From positions 32,001 through 96,000 of the forward strand of contig JAWVXD010000005.1 in the NCBI GenBank assembly GCA_033723415.1: a stretch of DNA of 64,000 nt, written 5' to 3'. The DNA comes from Sulfurospirillaceae bacterium. GTDB lineage: Bacteria; Campylobacterota; Campylobacteria; Campylobacterales; Sulfurospirillaceae. The notes under the pieces are model-generated. The model did no database searches, was not told the origin of the DNA, and worked only from the letters and a program-made list of their open reading frames with translations. Every line of letters starts with the position of its first letter. The first letter of the stretch is position 1. The translations under genes were made by a program, and so were the position numbers. Positions 50,984-59,997 of this stretch are shown piece by piece.

Positions 50984-52212
50984 GTAAGTATCTTAAATTG
51001 GTGTATTTTTATTTCTTCAGAGTAACTGTACTCTAGAGAAAAATCATGTAATTCTACTATATTTTTAACAATATAAAGACCCAAACCTAAGCCTTTGTCC
51101 ATATTACCGGAAACAAATGGCTTGAAGTATTCTTCTATGGCTAGAGAAAGTTTTTCTCCTCTATTTTCAAAAATTATGGCATTTTTTTCGCTTCTTACCT
51201 TTACTTGGTGATCAGGACTGTGCTTTATAGCATTATCCATCAAATTTTTCATAGCCAAAGCAAGTAGTTCAAAATCTGCCCACAGTATCATTTCATCCTG
51301 AACATCTACTATAACATGTTCATCTCTTTTTTCATTTTCCAACATCAACAGATCAATTCCATGTTCTAGAATATAAACAAGATTATATCTTTGAAAATTT
51401 GGAGTGTAGCTTTTGGACACAAGCTGTTCAATTTTGGCAAATTCGCTTATAAGAATGTCTAGTCTCTCAAATATCTTGATCAATCTGTTTTTAGATTTTT
51501 CATCTTCCAGCATTTCGGAAACGATTCTGCCTTTACCTATGGGTGTCTTTAACTCATGCATAATAGTTCTCAAAAAAAGTTGCCTTGAAGCCATCAGGGC
51601 AGATATTTTCTTCACAGCTCGATCAAATTCATTTGCAACCTCAGCTATCTCGTCATCTTGATCACTTTTACAATCAACACTCATATTTCCACTTGCAAAC
51701 TCCCGTATTTTCAAACTTAGTTCTTTAAGCGGTGAGATACTTCGCAAGATTGAAGCATACATCAATATAAAGATAATCAAGGCAATCGCAAAACCAATCC
51801 AAAGCTGCTTATCACTACTTTTTATATTACTAGTGCTTTCTAGCAATATATTAGTCATGATATTTTCGATAAAAAGATAGTATTTGTCGTTGTATTCTAT
51901 AGATGTAAATCTATTTAGATTTATGGATTTTCTGTAAATTATAGTTCCTTGATCTAAAACTGCTTGCTTTAGATTGGGATTATCAACCTTTTTGAGATCA
52001 AAAGTATGAAAATACTCTTCTATATTTCGTGGAGTATAGTTATTGCGATAGAGAGTAAAAAGATAATTTATAGATTGAAATTGTCTTTGTTTCATACGTT
52101 CAGTGTTGATTTCTTCTTGATATTTCAGCAAAAGGATAAAAAACATACCAAGGAGAACAAGAGAAAAAACAAAAATGATGGTAATTTTGGTGCTTAGTGA
52201 TTGTTCTTTCAT
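50980..52212 (-). CDS. racS: Sensor histidine kinase (RacS/ArsS-like)
   Basis: 2 TM, HAMP, IMHELKTPI H-box, NLMDNAIK, GLGLGLYIV; dnaJ/RR/HK/recR arrangement as for C. jejuni racRS. Confidence 0.75.
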   Translation of the reverse strand: MKEQSLSTKITIIFVFSLVLLGMFFILLLKYQEEINTERMKQRQFQSINYLFTLYRNNYTPRNIEEYFHTFDLKKVDNPNLKQAVLDQGTIIYRKSINLNRFTSIEYNDKYYLFIENIMTNILLESTSNIKSSDKQLWIGFAIALIIFILMYASILRSISPLKELSLKIREFASGNMSVDCKSDQDDEIAEVANEFDRAVKKISALMASRQLFLRTIMHELKTPIGKGRIVSEMLEDEKSKNRLIKIFERLDILISEFAKIEQLVSKSYTPNFQRYNLVYILEHGIDLLMLENEKRDEHVIVDVQDEMILWADFELLALAMKNLMDNAIKHSPDHQVKVRSEKNAIIFENRGEKLSLAIEEYFKPFVSGNMDKGLGLGLYIVKNIVELHDFSLEYSYSEEIKIHQFKILT

Positions 52213-52889
52213 CCTACTAACTTATAACCAATCCCTCGCACAGAGTGTATATATATAGGCTTTTTCGAGCTATCTCCGATCTTGCTTCGGAGTCTTCCCA
52301 TGATAACATCTAAGCTTTTACTTCCTTTATCTTTAAGTGAGCTGCAATTGTAAACCAGCTGCTCTCTTGATATAGAAAAACCGTTTTGTTTTATCATGTA
52401 TGATAATATTTCATATTCTGCAGGTGTTAAATTCAATGCTTCTTCTTTGAGGAATATCTGATGCCTTTTCTCATCAACTCTAAAATCACTATCTACATTT
52501 GATCCTACAGTTTCTGTTGTATTTGTTGATTTTTTATATCGTCTGATTAAACTTTGAATTCTCGCATACATCTCTTTTGGATCATAGGGTTTTGGCAGAT
52601 AATCATCAGCCCCTATCTGTAGTCCTATAACTTTGTCACTTATGTCGCTTCTTGCAGAAGAGATGATGATAGGGATATCATATTTTTCTACAACTTCCTT
52701 GCATACTTCCAATCCATCAATACCAGGCAATGTCAAATCCAATATTAAAAGATCATATTTTTTGATTCCGGCACTCAAACCAAGATAAGGATCTTCATAA
52801 TTTGTTATTTTAATATTGTATTTCGCTAAATATTCACTCAAAATCTCCGCAAATTCCGTGTCGTCTTCAATCATAAGAACATTTATCAT
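52209..52889 (-). CDS. racR: OmpR-family response regulator (RacR-like)
   Basis: MINVLMIEDD, LDLTLPG, GADDYLPKPY, SVRGIGY; ATG 52889 (ORF track starts 52916). Confidence 0.78.
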   Translation of the reverse strand: MINVLMIEDDTEFAEILSEYLAKYNIKITNYEDPYLGLSAGIKKYDLLILDLTLPGIDGLEVCKEVVEKYDIPIIISSARSDISDKVIGLQIGADDYLPKPYDPKEMYARIQSLIRRYKKSTNTTETVGSNVDSDFRVDEKRHQIFLKEEALNLTPAEYEILSYMIKQNGFSISREQLVYNCSSLKDKGSKSLDVIMGRLRSKIGDSSKKPIYIHSVRGIGYKLVG

Positions 52890-53007
52890 GTGGTCACCTA
52901 TCGTATAATTTTTCACAACAATTATATCATAAAAGAGAATTTGAGAACTTGCTCTTTGTCTTTAAAATCTCTTTTATGAAAATTGATTTTTTATTTTACA
53001 ATAATTT

Positions 53008-53253
53008 TTATTTACTTAATATTTCTTTTGCCGACAGATATTCTTCTTTAGAAATTTCTCCTCTGGCATATCTGTTTCTCAAGATTTCAATAGCATTATC
53101 AGTACTTCTGTTATTGTTGTTGTTTCTATTTGTCAGAAAAGAATTGACAAACAGATACATCAATATAAGAACAACTATAAAAAGTAAAATTCCCATACCC
53201 GGGAAAAACATCATATGACCGCCGAATCCACCTGCATATCCACCACCGTACAT
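53008..53253 (-). CDS. SHOCT-domain small membrane protein
   Basis: Gly/Met-rich N-terminus, TM helix, AIEILRNRYARGEISKEEY. Confidence 0.88.
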   Translation of the reverse strand: MYGGGYAGGFGGHMMFFPGMGILLFIVVLILMYLFVNSFLTNRNNNNNRSTDNAIEILRNRYARGEISKEEYLSAKEILSK

Positions 53254-53274
53254 TTTAACTCCTTGAAAGCTATT

Positions 53275-53296
53275 GCATAGGAGATATCTCCTATGC
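53275..53296. other. Perfect 22-bp palindrome/hairpin between Spy-like and SHOCT genes
   Basis: GCATAGGAGATATCTCCTATGC equals its own reverse complement. Confidence 0.7.
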
Positions 53297-53308
53297 CGTT
53301 ATTGAAGA

Positions 53309-53857
53309 TTATTTTGTTAGATTACTCTTTAATTCAGATATCTGCTCTTTTGTTAGGATTTTAAAAGCCTTTTCCATATAATCTGCTTTGATCTTTAACA
53401 TATGTTTATGCATATTGTCGGCATACTTTTCAAAAGCTTGTTTATCAAAACCTTTATCGCTTATAAATGCCGCCATCTTGCCTTGGCGATTGTATCCCAT
53501 CATTTTTTTCATATTTAGTCTCATCTCATCTCGGAGAATTGAAAGTTTGTATCTTTGTTCATTATTTAAATTCAATCCTGCGAACATACGCATACCTCTG
53601 GCATTGTGCATTCCCATCATCGGACTATTACCACGCATCATGCCTCTCATCTGCATATTTGGACAATTCATCATACCCTGACCTTGCATCATCATGCCTC
53701 TTGATTGCATACCTTGTCCCTGCATCATGCCTCTCATTGGCATATTTGGACAATTCATCATGCCAGGCCCGTAAGCAGGGGTATTCATAGTGCCTGCATA
53801 TAAGCTAGCGGACATAGCGCCGGCTATAGCCATTGTGATCATAAACTTCATCTTCAT
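53309..53857 (-). CDS. Spy/CpxP (LTxxQ)-family periplasmic protein with Met/Gly-rich N-terminus
   Basis: Signal peptide; LNLNNEQ and ILTKEQ motifs; duplicated GMMNCPNM.MRGMM. Confidence 0.82.
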   Translation of the reverse strand: MKMKFMITMAIAGAMSASLYAGTMNTPAYGPGMMNCPNMPMRGMMQGQGMQSRGMMMQGQGMMNCPNMQMRGMMRGNSPMMGMHNARGMRMFAGLNLNNEQRYKLSILRDEMRLNMKKMMGYNRQGKMAAFISDKGFDKQAFEKYADNMHKHMLKIKADYMEKAFKILTKEQISELKSNLTK

Positions 53858-54030
53858 TGTGTTCTCCTTGTTTTAAATATCATTGTGATATTTTAGATAT
53901 TGAAATTATAAGTTAATATACATAATAATGGCTGAATGAATTGTTAATACACCTTAACAAACATTGATAAATAACTCAAATTTTGATAAAATTCACAATC
54001 CTAAAAATACTACAAGAAAAGAGAAATAAA

Positions 54031-55161
54031 TTGGACTTAGAATATTACGAGATACTAGAAATAGATAAAAATGCAGATAGTGGTGAGATAAAAAAAGCAT
54101 ATAGAAAACAAGCTTTAAAATATCATCCTGACCGGAACCAAGGTGATAAAGAGGCTGAAGAGATGTTTAAGCTTGTCAATGAAGCTTATCAAGTTCTAAG
54201 TGATGAGACTAAAAGATCAACTTATGACAGATACGGTAAAGCAGGCTTGGATTCTCAAGGTTTCAGCCATTTTTCAGATATGAATTATGAAGATATCATG
54301 GGTGATCTAGGATCAATATTTGAATCAGTCTTTGGTGGAGGATTTGGAGGTGGTTTTGGAAGAGAGAGTAGAAGAAACGACCAAAAATATGCACTTGACC
54401 AAGAAGAAATTGTAACATTAGAATTTAACGAAGCAGCTTTTGGATGTCAAAAAGAGATTAAATTCAAGTATAAAACACCTTGTTCTCATTGTGATGGGAC
54501 AGGAAGCGAAGATAAAAAAGTTCAAAACTGTGTTGATTGTAACGGCAAAGGTCAAGTTTTCTATCGTCAAGGATTCATGACATATTCTCAAACCTGCCCA
54601 ACATGCGGCGGTCAAGGCAAAAGTATAAAGAATAAATGTACTAAATGTGCAGGAAAAGGATATGAAGAAGTCAAAGAAAAGATCAATATAGACATACCTG
54701 AGGGTGTTGACAACGACAATAGGATCAGAGTCGCAAACAAAGGAAATATCGATCAACTGAACAGAAGAGGAGATCTATATATATCAATAAAAGTCAAAGA
54801 AGATGAACACTTTATGAGACATAATGATGACGTATACATAGAAGTTCCTGTTTTCTTTACGCAAATAGCATTGGGTGAGAGTATAAAAATTCCAACGCTC
54901 AGAGGAGAAACTACTCTAGAGATTCCGCTTGGGGCAAAAGACAAACAACAATTTATATTTAAGAACGAAGGAATTAGAAATGTACATAGCCATAGACTCG
55001 GCAGTTTGATCGCTCAGATAAATATAAAATACCCTAAGAAAATAAACAACGAGCAAAAAGAGCTTCTTGAAAAGCTAGGAGATAGTTTTGGTTATAAAAA
55101 AGAAGTTGAGGATGACACCTTTAAGGGTGTTTTTGAAAAAATAAAAGGTTGGTTTAATTAA
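54031..55161 (+). CDS. dnaJ: Chaperone DnaJ
   Basis: YYEILE, YHPD, G/F region, four CxxCxGxG; TTG start at 54031 (ORF track starts 53983). Confidence 0.96.
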   Translation: MDLEYYEILEIDKNADSGEIKKAYRKQALKYHPDRNQGDKEAEEMFKLVNEAYQVLSDETKRSTYDRYGKAGLDSQGFSHFSDMNYEDIMGDLGSIFESVFGGGFGGGFGRESRRNDQKYALDQEEIVTLEFNEAAFGCQKEIKFKYKTPCSHCDGTGSEDKKVQNCVDCNGKGQVFYRQGFMTYSQTCPTCGGQGKSIKNKCTKCAGKGYEEVKEKINIDIPEGVDNDNRIRVANKGNIDQLNRRGDLYISIKVKEDEHFMRHNDDVYIEVPVFFTQIALGESIKIPTLRGETTLEIPLGAKDKQQFIFKNEGIRNVHSHRLGSLIAQINIKYPKKINNEQKELLEKLGDSFGYKKEVEDDTFKGVFEKIKGWFN

Positions 55162-55768
55162 AAAATATTTTATTTTCAATAATGAAAAAATTTTTTATAC
55201 TATTAAAACAAATAAAAAACTAAAGAATCTATACATTACGATAAACCCCTACCATGGGGTTATCGTAAAAAATCCAAACTTCCCTATTGAAGAAATAGAA
55301 AAAATTATAGCCCAAAAAGCTTCTTGGATATATAAAAAAACAAAATTTTTAGATAAAAAACAGAGTATTCAACAAATATATGCCGATGAAGGAAAGATCC
55401 TGTTTTTGGGCAATAAGATAAAAATAGATAAAAATGTTAATATAGAAGTTTTTTACAAAGAAAAGACTAAAGAGATCGTAACTCCTTTGGTTGAGAAATA
55501 CTCGAAGATTATGTCATTAACTCCAAGTGAGATAAAATATAGGAAAGCAAAAAGAAGATGGGGAAGTTGTAGTGGAAGAAATTCTATAAGTTTTAACTCC
55601 AGCTTATCTCAACTGCCACTTTCTTGCATCGAATACATCATAGTACATGAGCTATCTCACATCCTGCACAAGCATCATCAAAAAGATTTCTGGCTACATG
55701 TAGAAAAATTCATGCCCTCATTTAAAGAGCAAGAGAAAGAACTAAAAAAATATTTTCCGGCTATATAA
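55157..55768 (+). CDS. YgjP/DUF45 (SprT-like, HExxH) metallohydrolase; start uncertain
   Basis: KRRWGSCS, YIIVHELSH..HH..FW; frame open from 55145 but first canonical start is TTG 55406. Confidence 0.8.
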   Translation: MKKYFIFNNEKIFYTIKTNKKLKNLYITINPYHGVIVKNPNFPIEEIEKIIAQKASWIYKKTKFLDKKQSIQQIYADEGKILFLGNKIKIDKNVNIEVFYKEKTKEIVTPLVEKYSKIMSLTPSEIKYRKAKRRWGSCSGRNSISFNSSLSQLPLSCIEYIIVHELSHILHKHHQKDFWLHVEKFMPSFKEQEKELKKYFPAI

Positions 55769-55833
55769 AGTAATCAATTTGTAATCAATTTACTATATCA
55801 TATTTGAAAAAGTAACTCAAATAGGAAGTAAGT

Positions 55834-57537
55834 ATGGTAGATGTTGCACAAGAAATTATAAAAAAATTTCCAAAATTAAAGAACAAACCTTCGATCATAA
55901 AAAAGCCTCTTATCAAAATAGCTCAAAAACTTGTACATGAAGAGAAGATAAACAATTTTTTGCTTTCAAATAAACACTTAAAAGGATTTGAATTTGCAGA
56001 AGCTGTTTTAGAGTATTTTAAATTTGATTTTTCTTACTCAAACAATGATATGGAAAACATTCCATCCACCGGAAGAGTCGTCATCATAGCAAATCACCCC
56101 TTAGGTGGATTAGATGCATTGTGTCTGCTGAAACTGGTAGGCAATATAAGAAAGGACGTCAAGATTATTGCCAATGATTTTTTAGCAGGCGTAGACTCTC
56201 TTGATTCACTATTTATAAAAATAGACAATTTTAAGAATAGACAATCAAAAGATAATATAAAAAAAATATATGATGCCCTAAATAATGAAGAAGCCATCAT
56301 AGTTTTTCCGGCAGGTGAAGTAAGTAGAATGACTCCTTATGGCATAAAGGACGGCAAATGGCAAAGGGGTTTTTTAAAATTTGCAGGCAGAACAAACAGT
56401 CCGATACTCCCTGTATTTCTGGAAGCAAAAAATTCAAAAACATTTTATACCCTATCTATATTAAACAAGACATTTTCCACTCTTTTACTCTCGGATGAAA
56501 TGTTTAAACAACAAGATAGAAATATTAATATAAAGATCGGCAAGATCATACCTCATGAGTATATCCTTCCTGCTGGGATAGAAGATAAATATCTGGTAAA
56601 TTTATATAAAAAACATCTATACGGTCTTAAAAAAGGGAAAAAATTTTTCTTCCAAACTCAAAATGCCATCGCCCATGGAGAAAATAAACAGGCTCTAAAG
56701 AGTGAACTAAAAAACTCTCAAGTATTAGGCAAGACAAATGACGGTAAAATGATCTATCTCTATACGTACAAGGCAGATTCTGCGGTAATTCAGGAGATAG
56801 GCAGATTAAGAGAAGTAAGTTTTAGAAAAGTCAATGAAGGCGTAAATAAAAGAAGAGATATAGACTTATACGATATGCACTACAAACATATCATCCTATG
56901 GGATGAAGAAGAGTTAGAGATCATAGGGGCTTACAGAATTGCAATAGCAAAAGAAGTCTTTGAAAAATACGGAATAAACGGATTTTATACAAATACTCTT
57001 TTTAAATTCAATGATAATTTCATACCTTATCTAAATGACTCAATAGAACTTGGAAGAAGTTTTGTTCAACCAAAATACTGGGGTAGCAGAGCCCTTGATT
57101 ATCTCTGGTATGGAATTGGAGCTTATCTCAAAAACAATCCACAGATAAAGTATATGTACGGTCCTGTCAGCCTTAGTGCATCTCTTCCTCTCATAGCAAA
57201 AGAGTTGATTATATATTTTTACACTATTTATTTTGGTATTAAATCAGATTTAGTTACTCCTAAAAATCCATATAAACAGACAATGGAAAACAAAAAATTC
57301 TTGGATATTTTTATAAAAAACAACTATCAAGAAGACTTTAAAGTTTTAAGAAGGACACTTAGAAACATGAATGTATCCGTACCTGTTTTATACAAACAAT
57401 ATAGCGAGCTATGTGAAAAAGAAGGAGTATACTTCCATGATTTCAATATAGATCCTGATTTTTCAAACTGTGTAGACGGCTTCATCATGGTAGAAATTTC
57501 CAAAATAAAAGAATCAAAGAAAAAATATTTGGTATAA
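55834..57537 (+). CDS. Bifunctional acyltransferase: PlsC-like + GNAT (OlsF-like aminolipid synthase)
   Basis: NHPLGGLD, FPAGEVSR; GRLREVSFR, IGAYRI, ELGRSFV, FNIDPDFSNCVDG. Confidence 0.82.
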   Translation: MVDVAQEIIKKFPKLKNKPSIIKKPLIKIAQKLVHEEKINNFLLSNKHLKGFEFAEAVLEYFKFDFSYSNNDMENIPSTGRVVIIANHPLGGLDALCLLKLVGNIRKDVKIIANDFLAGVDSLDSLFIKIDNFKNRQSKDNIKKIYDALNNEEAIIVFPAGEVSRMTPYGIKDGKWQRGFLKFAGRTNSPILPVFLEAKNSKTFYTLSILNKTFSTLLLSDEMFKQQDRNINIKIGKIIPHEYILPAGIEDKYLVNLYKKHLYGLKKGKKFFFQTQNAIAHGENKQALKSELKNSQVLGKTNDGKMIYLYTYKADSAVIQEIGRLREVSFRKVNEGVNKRRDIDLYDMHYKHIILWDEEELEIIGAYRIAIAKEVFEKYGINGFYTNTLFKFNDNFIPYLNDSIELGRSFVQPKYWGSRALDYLWYGIGAYLKNNPQIKYMYGPVSLSASLPLIAKELIIYFYTIYFGIKSDLVTPKNPYKQTMENKKFLDIFIKNNYQEDFKVLRRTLRNMNVSVPVLYKQYSELCEKEGVYFHDFNIDPDFSNCVDGFIMVEISKIKESKKKYLV

Positions 57538-57659
57538 CAGAATAACATAAATAATATATCTTTTCGTATACTCTCAAAAGAGGATTAATTATGTATTAAA
57601 TGTATATTTATGCATTATATGTTAGTATTCACGATTAATTATACTTTGTGGGTTGCCAA

Positions 57660-59579
57660 ATGAATATGAAAAAAGTTTTATTTATATTACTTATATTTAC
57701 CTGCATAATATACGCACAAGAAGATATAACAAATCTACTCAGCAATTTTGCACAAAAATCAGATCTTTCAGAGCAAACTAAAAAAGAAAGTGCCGGTTTT
57801 TTAAAGATATATACAAGACAAGACTTAGATCGTATGCAAATCCATACATTAAGAGAAATATTAGATAAACTCCCCTTCTTGAGATACAATGAAGATAACC
57901 AAGGACGCACCAGTCCATTTTATATTCCATACCAACCAGAACCGCAAGATATAATAAGAGTATATATAAATGATCGAGAACTTGTGACCCCGTTCAGAGG
58001 AAATGCTTTAGGACTGTTTGGACAGATAAGTATGAACTATATAGATCACATAGAGATATATATGGGCATCCCATCTGCTACTCTTGGAATCCAAACAGCT
58101 AGAATAACTATAAAATGTTATACAAAGGACCCGAAAAGAGAAGAAACAAATCTAGTCGGTATGACAGTTGGAAGCTACAACACAAAAAATATATACGGTT
58201 ATAGCGCTCAAAGTTTAGATAAGTTCTCTTATCTCGCATATATTAATAATAGACAATTAGGTAAAAAACACATCAACTACAAAGGGACTAAACTATCAAG
58301 AGATAAAGATATTACAAATTTTTATGGAGAAATCAGAAAAGACAATTTAAGATTTGAAACACAAATCGTTAAAGGTTCTCTAGATAATTTTATTGGAAAT
58401 AGTCTCAACATGGACCCAAAATCCAACTATACTGATTTTTCATATTTTTATACAGGTTTGTATTATAAGAATACCGACAATGGATTAAAAGCTTTTGTCA
58501 ATTTTGCACAAGATCGAAACAATCACTATGAAAAATCAAAAACTATATTAGGCATTATGTCTCTTACAACTCCTCCTTACATATACGCTTATCAAGATTA
58601 TAGGGCAAATATGACAGCAAGAATAAGCGATGCACAGATTTATAAAACTATTAAAACAAATAAAAACAAACTTTTAATTGGAATTCAAAGTAGGTATAAG
58701 AATTTTAACTTTGAGAATCTTCGTTTTGGAAATATACATATTAATAACTCGGCAAACTATAATTCGGAATTTATATTATCAACTTTTGCTGAAAACAGCT
58801 ATCTAATAGATGAATCAAATATGGTCACAAGTACAATCAAATATAGCCATATTGCGGAAAACGGCGATGTCCAAGATTATAAAACTTATTTGGGTAGATT
58901 AGGGTATATCTATAATAACGAGAAATGGACATCAAAAACATTTTTCTTTGTAGGAGAAGTTACGCCGACTATGCAAATTCTATTTGATAATAGAGTTTTT
59001 TATCATCAAACAACAGATCTCAAAAAAGCAAGGAAGATCGCTTTTGGGACAGAGTTAATCTATAAAACTCAAAAATATACTACATCAATTTTTGTGGATC
59101 ATTCTATCGGTAAGAATTCTGTTTATTTTGATGGCAGTGCATATAGAAATTTTACATCAACAAACACGATAGATACTATAGATTTCACCTATAAATATAT
59201 GTTTAATTCACTCAACAGTATAGAGTTGGACGCTTGGACTAATAGAATATATAAGGAAAATCATCCTTTAGGCTCAGTAAGTAACTACTACGGTGGTATG
59301 ATCAGTATCTTGAACAGTATAGGCAAATTTGATTTTTCGAATGATTTGGTCTATAAACACTGGCCAGAAATCCAAAATGACGGTTGGAATTTAAATAGTT
59401 CTATAACTTATCACTACTCAAGACCGTTAACTTTATATGTAAAAGCAGAAAATATCTTAGGGAAAGCTCTAAAAAGTGATTATTATATATATAATTCTAT
59501 AACAAATACTACAAATTACTTAAATAATGTCGATTCTATAGATAGAAGAGTTTGGTTAAAAGTCGAGTACCAATTTTGA
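57660..59579 (+). CDS. TonB-dependent-receptor-like outer membrane protein (plug + beta-barrel)
   Basis: Signal peptide; plug-like YTRQDLDRM..TLREIL..LP, VYINDR, IDHIEIYMG; Tyr/Asn-rich beta strands; ends VEYQF. Confidence 0.8.
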   Translation: MNMKKVLFILLIFTCIIYAQEDITNLLSNFAQKSDLSEQTKKESAGFLKIYTRQDLDRMQIHTLREILDKLPFLRYNEDNQGRTSPFYIPYQPEPQDIIRVYINDRELVTPFRGNALGLFGQISMNYIDHIEIYMGIPSATLGIQTARITIKCYTKDPKREETNLVGMTVGSYNTKNIYGYSAQSLDKFSYLAYINNRQLGKKHINYKGTKLSRDKDITNFYGEIRKDNLRFETQIVKGSLDNFIGNSLNMDPKSNYTDFSYFYTGLYYKNTDNGLKAFVNFAQDRNNHYEKSKTILGIMSLTTPPYIYAYQDYRANMTARISDAQIYKTIKTNKNKLLIGIQSRYKNFNFENLRFGNIHINNSANYNSEFILSTFAENSYLIDESNMVTSTIKYSHIAENGDVQDYKTYLGRLGYIYNNEKWTSKTFFFVGEVTPTMQILFDNRVFYHQTTDLKKARKIAFGTELIYKTQKYTTSIFVDHSIGKNSVYFDGSAYRNFTSTNTIDTIDFTYKYMFNSLNSIELDAWTNRIYKENHPLGSVSNYYGGMISILNSIGKFDFSNDLVYKHWPEIQNDGWNLNSSITYHYSRPLTLYVKAENILGKALKSDYYIYNSITNTTNYLNNVDSIDRRVWLKVEYQF

Positions 59580-59995
59580 GAAAACTTCTTTTATCTATTA
59601 TCATTGTAGTGTATTCTTATGCAAGTAGCACGGCAGATATTAAGGCAAAAATAATAGAGAATATATCAAGGGTTTTTATTAAGAATAAAATTATAAAGCT
59701 TTATGTTGCAGATAAAACTTTCAATGATGTCTTTAATGTAAATAAAAATCTACAAAGAGTTACGAAAATAAAAGATGCCAATATTATCTTGACAAACGAT
59801 TCTGCTAAATTTAAAGATCTAAAAAGTCCTATATATGTCATAAGTACTAGCTACAAAGACTATAAAAATGCGCTTTCTTTTGATTGTGCTGCTTTCTTCT
59901 GGCAAAAAGGAAGACCAAACTTAATCTTAAATTCGAAAGTCATAAAGGACAAAAAAATAAAACTATCAAAACAGTACAATAGGTTTGTTGAATAA
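59576..59995 (+). CDS. Small periplasmic protein, YfiR/DUF4154-like
   Basis: TTG start overlapping upstream TGA; signal peptide ending SYA; IKAKIIENI..., GRPNLILN...IKLS. Confidence 0.6.
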   Translation: MRKLLLSIIIVVYSYASSTADIKAKIIENISRVFIKNKIIKLYVADKTFNDVFNVNKNLQRVTKIKDANIILTNDSAKFKDLKSPIYVISTSYKDYKNALSFDCAAFFWQKGRPNLILNSKVIKDKKIKLSKQYNRFVE

Positions 59996-59997
59996 TC

